Part shown: positions 45,762 through 59,400 of the stretch, piece after piece
How the letters are laid out: each line of letters opens with the position of its first letter
Numbering within the stretch: position 1 is the stretch's first letter
DNA from: Thalia democratica
Taxonomy: Eukaryota
Direction of reading: 5' to 3'
DNA: 64,000 bases
Assembly (NCBI GenBank): GCA_965202585.1
Contig: OZ241826.1
Location: 82,522,001-82,586,000 of the forward strand
Notes under the pieces: generated by a model
The model's database searches: none
Seen by the model: only the letters and a program-made list of their open reading frames with translations
What the model was told of the DNA's origin: nothing
Made by a program: the position numbers and the translations under genes

Positions 45762-46965
45762 GTATTTATTAAAATTTAAGCTTTGATTTAACTACTAGTT
45801 AAGGACTTAATCTAAAACTAATAATTTATGTTGCTTTTTACTTAAAGTTCTGAATTACTTATGCAAAAACTAACTGTATTTATTTAATTTATGTAATTAA
45901 TCAGGAAAAACGTACAATAAATCAGTATCATAGTTTACAAGGTAAAAAAAAGGCAAGAAATAAAAGGTGTACGTTTAAACTGAAACAGCAACTTATCTGT
46001 CAACAGGACCTTTAGAAAATCTTTTATTAACAAACACGTCAAAGAAACGGTTTAGTCTTGAACAAAAGTCAGGGAAGATGCAAAACGAGGATAAAAAGGA
46101 AATTTTGAATTATACGCTTCGTAAACGCTGCTCGGGATCAGCAACTGTCTCGAAATACTTAAAAAAGCAATTGGCAGTTAGGTGAGAGACATTTGCAAGT
46201 CTTAAGTAAGTACTAAAAATGAAGCAGAGAATATAAAAATATTCTAAAGTGTCAAACCAAGTTGCAAACACATACAAAGAAATTGCAAAATAAATTTTTT
46301 GATAAAAGGCAAATGAGGAAGATAAGTTTTCATAAGAATATTTAAATAAGATATTTTTGGAATGATATATAGCAGCTTTACTTATTCTTTTTTGTTCATA
46401 ATTTACGCTTTTATGGAAGATAATTACGCGGTTTATTACCGACTTCTATGTAAATAACAACTTTTCAAAAAAAAAGATTTTATTATAAAAATATGTAGAA
46501 ATTAAAGACAAAACAAAAAAAAAACAATTAAATACTTATTTATGTTTTTAAAATGACAATTAATAAACATTAGTTTGAAAACGTGTAATCAATAAAATTT
46601 ATTCCCTAGAAACAAGGGAATTTACCCCAGGTCAAGAATCGCTGAACTTAAGTGTGCAATAACAATCGAATAGATTACGACTATTACAATAACTTAAAAG
46701 TATTGTTATCAGCCCCTTACATCTATTGCTAACAATTTACGTTGTCTTTTATGATCAGAATAGTACAATAATAAACATATAAGTTATCTTAAATAAAAAC
46801 AAAACTTAACAAAATATTAAACAACTGCTAGAAACTTTGATATTTAATGATTTGAAAAAAAAAACAATTTTAGATAATCTTACTTAAATTGTATTTTTTC
46901 TATTTAAAGTTTTCAATATTTCAAAGTATCAGCAAAAGTAGTATAGTATTTCAACTGATCTAAAT

Positions 46966-47085
46966 CAGAGGTCAGCAGTGCGACCTGCGGGCCAACTGCG
47001 GCCTGCGAGCACGTTTATTTTTAATGGAATGCGGTCCTCGAAGGAAATTTTGTGGCCCACAAGCATGTAAATGTTCTCCGCTGAG
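46966..47085 (+). mobile_element. hAT/Charlie-like MITE fragment
   Basis: CAGAGGTCAGC start, GCGGGCC..TGCGGCC motifs, AATGCGGTCCTCGAAG shared with ~60080; related fragment at ~52620-52685; a right-TIR-like GGGAATTTACCCC..AAGAATCGCTG at ~46615-46650. Confidence 0.55.
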
Positions 47086-48284
47086 CAAAAAAAAATATTG
47101 TAAGTTAAACTTATTTTTGGTTTTTTGTTTAGTTTGATTAATTTAGTTTTATGTCCCTGTACAACATTTTAAAACGCTTAAACTTTACAGTATCAGCTTG
47201 AAAATGTACAAAAGACAGATTAGCATTCCAACAGGTTTTTTATCATTTTTATCATAACTAATAAGTTAAATTATTGCACTTTGAAAAAATATTATTTTTA
47301 ATATGTTTTCATAATTTTTAATTGTGTAAAAATATATTTAGATATAATTTTTATAGTTTTCAATTGAAATAGATTTTTCTGTATTTAGAATTTTTAAATG
47401 TTTATCTTATTTTTATTCAAAATATAACATGTTTAATATGGTTAAAATTTAAACTATTATTATTTTAGTTAATAATCTTTTGTTATTTATTAATTTTTTC
47501 GATAATTAATTTTTAGAGTTAAATTAAATAGCGAATTCCTAATGAAACACAAGTTTAAAAAATACCATCAAACATTGTTGTTTAAAAAAAATAATTTCAA
47601 CAGCTTTTTAAATTCTAGTTCTTAATTATATATAAGTTTATTTTTCATCTTATTGGTTCCAGGTGTAAAAAGTGATTAAATATTTTGTTTAACAAACGTT
47701 TAAAATACGAACGCAAAGTTTTGAAATATTACAAGTATAAATAAAAAAAAACTTAAAAACTTTTAAACGACTAAATCTTAATATTTTATGTAACTTTATT
47801 GTGTTTTATAGCTGATTTTGATAGTCAAAGTTAACTTATATGTTAGAACTTGAAAAACTATTAGTATATTATGACCGCAAAACTTTAAAAGAAGTAATTA
47901 AAATATTTAATATTGATAGAGTGTTTTAAATTCCGTAAATTAAGTTGAATATTTTGTTAAAAGATAAAAAAAAAGTCTAGTGATTTACTTTTTTATTTCT
48001 AATTACGCACAGAAAATAGTTTTTGTATTTACGTTGGTTAAAAAGATAAACGATATAACCCTTAAGAAATAATTTTATATGTATTTATTTTAATATTAAG
48101 CTTCTCAGCTCTTTTTATTTAATTTTTAAAGTTACCTGGACTGTATTCAAAATAAATTATAAACTTATTCAAAGTTATAGTAAAGTTTTAACTAAAAGTT
48201 TATTTAAAATAAGTATTTGGAAAAAATTAAACAAAAAACTGCCAACGTCAACAAAAAAATTATTTTTCAACTTTACATTTCTAA

Positions 48285-49171
48285 TCACACTTTCTTAAGA
48301 CATGATAACATTTTTTTTGTACTAAAATTTTCATTAACAGTGTTGTACTCTACAAACTTACTTTTATTCTTAGTGAATAATACTCCAACTAAAATTATTT
48401 TGTCACCAACACAACAAGCACCTACTTTTCCATTTCCAATACTTGTAAATTGAGGCGCATAAGTGATCAAAGTGAATTTACCACTTCTGCTGTCAAAAAA
48501 TTCCCAGCTATATTTGTGATATCCACCAACTGCAAACATTTTGTTGCTAAAAGTAACCAATGAATGACAAAATCTTGCCTCAATCATATCAGGCAAACAA
48601 GTCCATTTGTTATCATGATGATCATACGCTTCTACTGATCTTAAAGTACTCACTTTTTTATCTTTACCGCCTGACACCACAATTTTACCTTCAAAAACTG
48701 CACAAGCTGAACAGCTTCTTTTTTCATTCAAGTTTTCAATATATTTCCAACTTCTTTTTGAAAAGTTTTACCGCAAACAAGAATTTATTCTGATTCCGTT
48801 TTCCCAACCGCCAAATACATAAAATTCTTTCATAAAACTGCAGACACTAAATTGATAACGATCGTCCGGAAATGACTCCAGAAAGTTAGAAAAGCTACAA
48901 TAATCTCCGATATTCAGTCTTTTAGACACTAAATAGTCCAATATGTAAGCTTGAGAAGCCGCAAAATTTTTTGAACAGTCCAGAAAATTACTTATGTTTT
49001 GTTTAGCTTTTAATGACTGAAACGTCTTCAATTTTAAAAAAGTCAAACCCTCAAGTCCACAATAAAAAGGTGAATGAAGACTTTGAAAAACAGTACTATA
49101 ACTATCATCGTGATTACAACGTCTCTTTTGATACAAAGCAGGGTACTTAGAACGACACATTTTAGTAGCCG
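48285..49171 (-). pseudogene. Kelch-repeat protein, reading frame interrupted by one in-frame TAA (48768-48770)
   Basis: The two track ORFs are the same frame: ..FYVFGG..NSCLR*NFSKRSWKYIENLNEKRSCSACAVFEGKIVVSGG..SVEAYDHHDNKW..LPDM...R..H......MFAVGG (Kelch GG/Y/W motifs). The stop sits where Kelch repeats have Tyr. No BTB domain in this exon; acceptor at 49172-49173. Confidence 0.8.
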
Positions 49172-50707
49172 CTGAAAAAATATACAAACTTAAATTACTT
49201 TTGAGACATATCTTATTGAAATTCTATATTTATATTTGAACATTATTTAAAAACAATCTTAAATATTTTTTATATGCTTTGTAATATTACTCCTTGTAAC
49301 ATTACCAAATATGACTAAACATTTTATTAAACATAAAATTTTTAGAAAAATGAACTATAATGAAATTAACTTCTTAACAAGTAATTGTCTATGCTTACTT
49401 TTGAAACGCATTGAAAATATTAGTTGGTATCAGAAAATTTATAGAAATATGACTTAAGATATGTTACATTTAGGATTTTTTATATAATTTAAATAACACT
49501 GCTATAATATGTTTTTAAGTTTTTTTAAACTCTTTTTCGCATTTTTATCATTTATATTTCAAAAAAGTATGGTTTTTTTAAAGTAAATTTTTCTAATAAA
49601 CTTATTAATTGTTTATACAAGTATTTAAATTTGGAGTTTGCAGGATGTGGTTACCCTTTAAATTTACTATAAGCTTAACAACTTTTAAATAAATTAACAT
49701 ATAAAACTATCTCAAGAATTTTTTAAATGTCTTTATTTGCTTAGCTTATTATACCAAAAAAATTGTTCGTTTGTAACTGATTTACTTTATACTTATATTT
49801 CTATTGTCAAAATAATTTATTTATAAATTACTTGTGTTTGTATCTGGGTTTTGTTGGTAATAAATTATAAGTTTAGGAAAGAAAAAAAATAATAAGGCTA
49901 AATATTTGTTTATAAAAAATAAATAAATTTAAGTGGTTGATTATTTTTTAGATAACTTAATTTTAATTTTAATTTTGTTAAATCAGTGGTAAAGCTAAAA
50001 ACACGTGAGGTAAAACATACATGAAGATTTATAGTTTTATTTATAAAGTATTTGTTATCCATTAACATTTTAATTGAAAAAAATCTGATATTTAATTTGT
50101 CCGTCAACTATTAAACAAATTAAATGAAAGTTAATTAAATGGTGACTTGAAATTGTATACTTTCTAACATTTAAATAGGTCACTAATTAGTTTTAAGGTA
50201 AAATAAAGTTTTAGCTTTGTTATATCAGTGGCTTAGCTAAATTTACTAACACATAAGAACTTAGAGTTTAGATTTGGATTTTTTATCCTTTAATTTCTTA
50301 ATTGAATTATTTAATTTTTACCGTCACATGTTTAATAAAATCAAAATAACAGCTAACAAACATTGATTTAAGAGTTTGTAAATACTAAAAACAAACAACT
50401 TTATTTTTTATTATTATAAAGTAGTGTACTTTAGAAGTTCTGTGTCTGAAGTAAAAATATTCGGAAGACCTACTTTAAAACCACGATTATGTAAAGATAT
50501 AATTTTTTTCTAAGCTTATTTGACTTAAGAAAATGAAAAATTGCCTCTTAATCGAACCTACGGCTGTTTTGTTGACTTAGATTGATCAGTACTGCTTGAT
50601 TTATGGAAAGTTTTGGTTAATTTTTTTTTTCTATGATATAAAAATATTATGGCTGACCGCGATGTGTGTTTAAAAATAAATCTAGTGGTTAATATATTAG
50701 TCTAGCT

Positions 50708-51046
50708 CAGAGGTTCTAAACCATTTTTTATTTTGCTTCTTTCTAAAAGTTTATAACCAAATTTACCCTTTTTGGAAGGTAGATACCAAATTAAATCCCA
50801 AATTAAAAATAGTGTTTAATTCCAAACAAAAAACTAATTTTTATGAATATTAAGTCAATAGTATAAAAAAAAAACTTATAATTTAAGGAGTTTATTAAAT
50901 AAATAAAAAACAGTTAAATACTAACTTATAAATTAAAAATACAGATAATAAATATTAATACACATAATTAGTAACGAAGAAAAATACTCCCTAAAACTAG
51001 GGAATTTACCCCTAGAGGTAAATTTAACTCAAGTTACGAATCGCTT
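50708..51046 (+). mobile_element. hAT/Charlie-like MITE with perfect 8-bp TSD
   Basis: Starts CAGAGGTTCTAAACC, ends AAGTTACGAATCGCTT; GTCTAGCT directly flanks both ends (50700-50707 and 51047-51054). Confidence 0.85.
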
Positions 51047-54000
51047 GTCTAGCTAGATATAGTAGCTTATTACCCTTATGATCATTTTATTAGCTTTTGT
51101 ATATTTATATTTAGATTAAGTGACATTCATTATTTATGTTGATCAGTTTTAAATAAGAACTATATATGTCACAGTTAAACTGTAACTATCTGAATAAGTA
51201 AGAATTGAATTACGTGATTTTTTTTTATTCTTGCAAAAACAGCGTATACTTCTAAATTAAATATGAATAAAATTTAAACTCAAACTGAAATGTAGTTTAA
51301 AGCTCTTTAAAAGATTAGTTTAGTAAATTTAGTAGTAAGTTTTAACTAAAGAAAATTTTTGCCTTGAAAAAATTCTTAAATAAGTTTAGTTCTATTGAAA
51401 ATAAAATTAGATTAGTGAATTTAATCACATTACATATTTTGTTTATCCACAATTAAAATAATAACTGTAATTTGATACTTTTGTAGGGCACTAAATTGAC
51501 AAAATTTTATTTCACTTTATACCAACTTCAAAAATATTACTAACAATATTAGCTTTTATAAATATTTGTAGTCCGTAGGTTGTTAATTAAAATAGTTTAC
51601 ACTAATTATTTTTTAACGAAAAAGAAAGCAATGAAAAATTGCCATAATTCTCAATAAAAAGTAGGATTTTTACTTTTTTAATGGCTGAATAAATTTTTAT
51701 ACTTAAAAAAAGACTAATTTAGTCTCAGTGACACTTTAAAGCTAATTTATGAGAATTAAACTTTTCTAATTTGACTATATAAATTTATACAACTTTTAGT
51801 AAACTTCGTTACTACTTTATTTTGTGAACTTTAAGTCATTTCAAAAATCTCAAGTGTTTTTAAATTTCCTATTTATAGTACATTGAATAAAACTTAAAAC
51901 CTATAATATTTTTTGAAACTGTATTTAATGAATTTTAATTGGTTTTTAGTCCAGCTACATATTAAGTATTTTTTATTAACAGTCTTATTTTAGTTATTTA
52001 AGCTTGGTTAACAGCAAGTATTTCAGTTTCACTTTTTCATTTTAAATAAACTTAGTCTGGTTTGGTGTACCTCAGGCATTTTTCGTGTATAAATTATATT
52101 AACTGTTGGTAAAGTATTTTATTAGAGTATTAAATAATTGGTTATGTTAAAAAAAATAACTTAAGCGTTTTAAAATACAAACAGGTACAAATTTATTTTA
52201 GTTAACTAGTAAAAAATTAGTAAATTTTTTAAAGAAAGCAGGCTATTTAGTTCGCAAAGATTATTTTCACTGACTTATAATAGAAAAAGTATATAGACAA
52301 TGGTTGTTTATATGAATAATGTATAAAAATTAGTCATAAATGTTTTTTAAGCTTGGTTTTTTTCGACATTTGGATGATAACTGAAATGATGAAGTTGTTA
52401 AAGTAAAGTTATTTAGCGTTTTTAAAGTTGACATTTTTTAAGACTTAAGTATCTAATTAAGTGTTAGTTTTAGTCCAATAATTATGTACAATTTTGTAGG
52501 ACCTCTATGTGGAGCTAAAAATCTTTTAAATTGGTAAATTTAATAAAAGTAAAGACAATAAAAACTGTTTTTTTTGACTAAAGCTGAAACAAACATATTA
52601 TACAAATGTAACTAAAACAGTGGGCCGCGAAGATTTTCAAACTTAAACATTTGGCCCGTAAGCACCATCTGCCTGCCGACCAATCTTTAATCAATCTTTT
52701 ATTATTTATAAACTTATTAAAAACGTAATTTTGATTATTAAATTAAATCGTTAACTGCTAATAAGACAACATTTTTAATTGTTATTTTAATTATTATTGT
52801 ATATTATTAAAAATTTAGATTAAAAAGCTTAATAATTTTTTGTTCCTACTATATTATGTAAGTTTTTTTTTTCTAGGCTATTGTTTACAGCTGTAAAAAA
52901 TCACTATTTAAATGTGTGTGATTTTCGAAGAAAAGTTTTTTAATATCACAAATAAGAAAATTGATTAACAATGTATTCTTAAATATTTTATTCAACTAAT
53001 ATTTTATTATTATATTTAACTTATTTATATTTTAAATTTAGACTTTAGCTGACTAAAAGTTTAAACCTACTTTAACGTGATGTTTTATAACCTGAAGTAA
53101 AAGGAAAATAGTAATGTAAGTCAGTATTTTAGTTAAATATCAACGAAAAATTAACAAAAAACTAACTTTATTTTTAGTTCTTTAAAATCTTTTTTACCAC
53201 AAAATTCATTTAAATTAATCTTCAAAACAAACTTTGGTACAATTGCCAAGAATAATATAAAATATACTTTTAAAACAAAAGCTATCAAAATAATGCTAAA
53301 TCCAGAAATAAATTTTGTTGTAATGAAACATATTGTCCATATAATAATCGTTGAAAATGTGATAGACACATAAAATTTTCTAAGCTTTTCAATCAGCCTC
53401 AAATCACATAAGCGGTTTTTACGTTTATTGAACGCTGTTGTAGATGGTTTTAGCAGTTTTATTGAGCTTGACTACAGTCACGTGTTAAAAAATGTTTAAA
53501 GCTCAGTTTTGGATATTAGTTCGAAGTTTAAGACTATGAAGCTGCTGATAATTAAATGTGCTAAACTGAAAAGACATAGAATAGTTTACTGAACAAATCT
53601 TGAATGTATCAGACATGTTTGACAACAGCAGTTTCTTTTATCAATAAGATATTTCCTACGAAACGATAAACTGGCGACAGAAGTTCAACTATAATCTGTC
53701 TGCAGCTCGATACGAAAACCTTGAAAAGATTTTTTTTTGAACGAGTGTTCGTGTTTGAGGTTAATGTTGAAGTTTCCCTTGAAAAAGTATAATATTCTGT
53801 TTAGTCGAATGACTTCGATGGTGACCAATGTAAAACATAAGAGGATTTAAATACAGTCTCAGCTTGACTGTTCTTAAAAACCAACTGTACATTTTCGATA
53901 ATTTTATATTTTGTAAGTTGTTTGAATAAAGTCTTGCTGCATTTTAGTTCAAAACTTAATCAAGTTTTTAGCGATTTCTTCACTCTAAATATATTCACAA

Positions 54001-54840
54001 ACTACCTAATATACCAAAAATACTTGTTTATAATTATTCTCTTACCTACTTGAAGTAGATCAAGAATAAAACATTTAGTGTTTAAGAAGTTGAAAATTTT
54101 GTTATGTGTATAGTTTATCATTTAAATTATAAAACTAACGATTTATCGGCTCTGCAGGTTAAAGTCTGGATTTTTTTCAAAAAATTCAGCTTAACCATAA
54201 AAATTCACGGAAGAAGTGAAGTTCTTAAATTTCATTTACAGTTCGATATTTTGTTATTATTAATTTATTACTTATAATTCACGTAAAGTAGTTTATTTAG
54301 TCGATTGACCATATTAATCAAAATTGTTTTTTGCAGGCTAACTAATTCAGAAAATAAACTTTAGAGGGACGGGTCATATCTTAAAAATTGTACTTCAAAT
54401 AATTTAAACCTCTATACGCAAAACTTTGTTAAGACAAGCTTAAAAAAGTACAATAATACTTGAATTAAATGTTCTGCTAATTTTAATAACTTGTGTACTA
54501 ATTAACTTTCTTAACGGTAAATTAGTTTTATTAACTAAAAGTTCTTAAACCTAATTAAAGCTTTAATATAACCTTAATTTGTGTGTATGTTGATTAAAAA
54601 TAAAGAACTATACAGGTGTATTATACTTAAATAAACGTATTAAAATGAGCATAACGATATTTTTTTATTAAAAAAAATAGTCGATAGCTCCAATCATAAA
54701 AATAAACGAGACTCAAATAAAATGTCTAAACATAAAACATCTTTTAAACAATAGTACCAAAATTTATATTTCTAAATTCCCAAAAATTACAAACTTAAGT
54801 TTTACATCTAGAAAAACTGCTAAAAACACTCATATTTATT

Positions 54841-56250
54841 TTATTTTTTCTTTAAACGTTTGCTGTTGCTTCCACTACTTGTGCTTGACTGGTTTCTCTT
54901 CCGTTTAATAATGCGACGTTTTGGTAAAACTATTGAAGGATCTTTTCTTTTAGCAAGTTGATAGAACATGTAAAAATATTCATTTACTTCTTTAGCCGTT
55001 TTGTTTGGTAGATACGTTTTTAATAAAGATGTTTTACAAATTTTATCAACTTTCTTGTTTATTGATAAGTTTTTAAGATAAAGTTTGTATAATTGATCAA
55101 ATTCGTAATGTCCCAAATTAAAACATTCAACTTCATCCTTACTCCATCTCGCCTTAACTTCTTCCCTGTCTGTATGTATTGTTTTGCCTTCATCTATTTG
55201 CAATCGTTCGACTATTTCTGTAGCTGTTTTGTTTGGTAGATGCTTCTTTAAAAAACAAATTTTACATTTCCTGTCTGAGAATAAAACTTTATTTTGATCA
55301 TTTTCAAGAGATAGTAGACCAAAATTGTTTTTTCCCAAATTAAGATTTTCAACTTCCTTCTTACTCCATCTCACCTTAACTTCTTTTATGTCTTTATGGT
55401 TTTCTTTGTGTTTCTCGATTTGCAAACGTTCTTCAAACACTTTTTCCTTATAATGACTTTCGGGCCTTATATCTAAAAGGTCAGGGATTTCTGCAACATT
55501 TTTATGGATAGGTTTTGGAACTTCAAGTTTATTGGTATTACAAATGTTTAAGAGAGCACTAGCAGTACTACGATTCTCAAACTCTAGTTCATTTATTATT
55601 TCTTCTACCGAGTCCGTAGGAGTAGTTTGATCCGAACCTTTAAAAATGCATTTTTTTCATTTTTTTTATTTAGCTAAGTTGTCTTTTTCGTTTTGTAAAT
55701 TTACCTAAAAATCTCAATAAATTAGATTTTGCTTACTACTGGTAAAAAAGAAGTTTATTTAAAAAATATTTGAATAACATTTAAAAGACAAAAATAAGTT
55801 CTCAAACTCACTATGTTTCGGTGACAAGTTGCTTGTTGTTAAATTATTATAGTGCTCTTCAGGTTTTTTATTGAAAAAATCAGGGATTTTTGCACTGTTA
55901 CGAAGTAAATGAATTGAAGGTAAGTTGCTGTTAATTTGATTGTTGTCGCTTTCAATACCTTCTATTGTTCTACGCCCAGTTCGTCTACAATCTTTTCTTA
56001 TCAACAATGTCGTTCGATTGATTCTCGTCGAACCTTTAAAAATGCATTAGTTTATTGTAAGCAATAAATAAAATATTTGATTTTGTATCAAGTTTTGTAT
56101 CGTTTTCTTTAATTTTTAATCTAATAAATTTTTCTAGCAAGTGATAAAAATAAAAATTAAAGTAAATAATAGTTGTAATAAAATAAAAAAATAAAACTCA
56201 CTAAATGACGATGTGGAGCTGTTTTTCATTTCACTTTGTTCAAGATTCAT
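54841..56250 (-). CDS. 3-exon nuclear protein with tandem SANT/Myb-like repeats and a basic NLS-like tail (~355 aa)
   Basis: Exons 56250-56202 (MNLEQSEMKNSSTSSF), 56033-55812, 55637-54841, phase 1 junctions, frame open throughout; two 74-aa-spaced repeats WS..EV..(F/L)NLG...LPNKTA.E, the second ending EYFYM as in RCOR/MIER/NCoR-type SANT domains; KRRIIKRKR/KRLKKK tail. Confidence 0.75.
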
Positions 56251-56397
56251 TTTTTATTAAATTACTAAAGCTTATTTTATTATCTAGTAAAAAATAAACG
56301 TTTAAAAATGGAGTAACCCTAATATAATGTATGTCAAGTATATTTTACAAACTCTTAACAAGTATATATTGACATAAGGTTTGTTAATACCAATTCG

Positions 56398-56462
56398 ATT
56401 ATCAGACCACAGCCTTCAGTAGACTGAGACCAGTTTTGTCCTTTTTAGGATTCATTAGTAGG
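56398..56462 (-). ncRNA. Decayed hammerhead-bearing repeat (third copy)
   Basis: Minus strand CCTA-CTAATGA-ATCC-TAAAAA-GGAC-AAAA-CTGGTC-TCAG-TCTACTGAAGGCTGTGGTCTG; the core, stem II and stem III differ from CTGATGA-GTCC-N6-GGAC-GAAACCGGTC only by G>A/C>T transitions. Confidence 0.6.
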
Positions 56463-59400
56463 TCGTATTGGTATGATCTAACCTTACATCAATTTGAGCT
56501 TGTCTCACTGCGTAAAAAATTCAAGGTTTAGACTCTGTACACTTTTGACTATGTTTATGATAAAAGAAATTAGTATACAATTTTATGAGAATTTATAGCT
56601 TTTCCAAAAATATTTGTTTTAAAAATAAGATATACCAATTGCTAAATTTAACTTAAGATAAAGGTTTGAACTCGAAACTTTTTTTAAACTTAAAGTGTCT
56701 CTTTTTGTAGCATTGTTAAGTTTATTTAGTGCTATATTTGTAACTAAGCTGTTACAAAAAAAATTGTATATAAAAAAAAAAACTACATAGCATTTGTAAA
56801 TCTAAATGGTGCTTTTAGAACAAACTACATTTAAATACTTAAAGACTACATTAAAATTTTCTATACACATCCTGTTGTAGGTTTTTATTTTTGCAACAAA
56901 TTTCATTTTTTAGACTACATATCTTTATCTTATGTCATCTTAATTTCTTGTCAAGCGTTAGACACGGGCATAAAAATATGAAGCATTTAAACTGAAATAT
57001 ATATTAAGAGCGAAAAGATGAAACAAACAAATATTGTTAATTTTAAAGGGCTGCCGTTATTTTTGTGTCATAAACTTGTCCTGAGACATCTTGAGAGTGA
57101 TTTCAAATTTTAAAAAGCAGATTCAAGTGAATGAAATTTAAGCTGTTTAACAAAGTTAGTTATAAAATTTCAAATTACTAAGACTAGATCAAGTAAATTT
57201 GATTTTAATATCAGATAAAAATTCCCTGAAATTTTCAAAAATATTAAATTTGTTTTGATGTTTTTGTAATTAAAATAAACAAACTTTAGTTATCCTGAGT
57301 ATATTGTTTATTTAAAACTAGTTTTAATAGGAAGCTTTGAAGTATTTCAAACTCATCTGAGCTATCCTCGGTATTTGAGTGTGTGGTACAAAATAGTTTT
57401 ATTTAAAAATAATCTTAATACATTTTCCAGGTTATAAATAGTTTGTATAAACCTTACTTGTTAAATCACTTAAAATTTTAAATATTTAATTTAATTTTTG
57501 CGAGTGAACAAACTTCCTAAATCTTAATTAACTCATTTACTAGTAACAATTACTTATAAAAAGCAAAAGTTACTACTTTTTAAATAGAAGTTTAGATTCA
57601 ATCGTTGGCTATGGAAACTAATAAAAAAGAATGTTGATATCTATAAAATTGAAACAAGTAAATTCTAAAAGTTTCAGAAACACTTCAATAATGCTATGAA
57701 AATATCCAAGCTTCTAAGAATGGCTTCATTATAAGACTAAAGACAAATTGCAACACTATTGCTAGTGATAAAATACTTGTTAAAAAAAAACAAACAATAT
57801 AATAAGTAAAAATAAAAGTTTTCATAAAACTTCTTGACAAGATTAAAAGAAATACAAACTGTTACTTTTGTTATTAAAAAACAAAGTTTAATGTTTAAAA
57901 CTGGATTTTACAAACTAATTTGTATAATATCTTTTTCTTGCAAAATATTATAATTAAATCAAATATTTATATAGCAGCTTCCTCTTTATTTATTGATTTC
58001 TCATTTCTTTGTTGCCAAGTTTCTATTTACTTACTCTTAACAATTTCGTCCAATATGAGAAATATTGTATAATTTTTTCCCCTGGTAAAATTAGAAAAAA
58101 AATAAAATTAATGTATAACTTAGCAGAAAAGAAATTCTAAGACTGCGAAAAGTAATGTATGAACTTGCCAAATTATAAAACAAGTAAGGTGTGCAATGCA
58201 TAAGACTAAATGGAAAATGTCCTTATGCTAGCTTATCCGGTTATTAATCACTTGAATTCTATACATTCACTATTCAACATCTAATTTTAAAAACTCTAGG
58301 CAAGGGAAAAGAAAAAGTGATAGTAATACTTATTCAGGGGTTAATAAACTGCAAATTAGAACTTTAAGTTTTGCTGCTTTCAAAAAAGTTTGTTTTTACT
58401 AAAAGTTTAAAAGCTTGTTATTGTAAAAGGCAGCAAACTCATGTTTTAAACCAGGATTTCCCTTTTTTTTCTCAAAGTCCCTTTTAAGAAAAACAAAAAA
58501 AAAAAGCTATAGCTCCTTCCAACAAGATTTCCAAGAAAATTAAAAAAAATTACTGACATAAACATATTATCTCATTAAAGTCTATATCAATAAGCTACAT
58601 GAAAAGAAGTACTTTATACAATAGCATGTATTGAGAAAATTAATATTATGGTGAAGTACTTCGCAATCATCAAACTTTTTCAAATACTAACTATAGTTAG
58701 GAAGAAAAACGAAGAATTATCTATAATCTAATTAAGAACTTTGTATAACAACATTGATTCAAACTTTTGTTTACTAGTCTATATACGATTATTATCATTG
58801 AAGTCGAAATTATTTTTCTTAATTCTAACAAATATTGACTTAAACTTGGACTTCTAATGACATTTATGTAAATAATTAATGCTTTTGCACTCTTTAGGAA
58901 TACATTTTAAAACTTACACACTAGCTTTTAAAGAAAATGTATACTATATAAAAACCTTTAAAAAAAATTAAAATATGCTTTTTACTAAATTAAAACATAC
59001 TGAATGTATACTTAATATTTAATTTTAATGATACATTTTATAATTAAAGAAATTTAAAATGTTAGGTAATACTACTCAAAATGAAAAGCTTTAATATTAT
59101 TTGTAATATATATTTTTTAGTGTCTTAAAGCCATGTAAACCATAAAATATTGTTTTAAACTCCCTTTTTTTTGATTATGTTTTTATGTCTGAAATTATTA
59201 TTATGTGTTTACCCTTAAGATTTGATAAGTCTAACAAACTATAATAATAAAAAAAGTTGAAAAAAAATGCTTAAAACTTTTTAGAAACTCACGACCCTTT
59301 GAATTGAGATAAGTAGTTCATCACTTGACTGTGCAAAACACCAACTGAAGATGTCATTTTTAGTTCTTTATTTTATATTAAAATATTAATGTGATTAACA

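Noticed and set aside
45980-46440. Coding-like composition next to a hAT-type right end (possible transposase remnant); similar patches at 5280-5560 and 53400-53850
   Set aside because: No recognisable transposase or RT motif in any frame; multiple stops.
38934-48770. Three in-frame TAA codons with the frame continuing afterwards (38934, 39492, 48768), suggesting TAA reassignment or readthrough
   Set aside because: TAA terminates apparently intact genes here (18194-18196, 30649-30651, 54841-54843), the RBBP6-like copy also has frameshifts, and the lectin copy has a TGA-for-Trp lesion; ordinary pseudogenisation under AT-biased mutation explains all.
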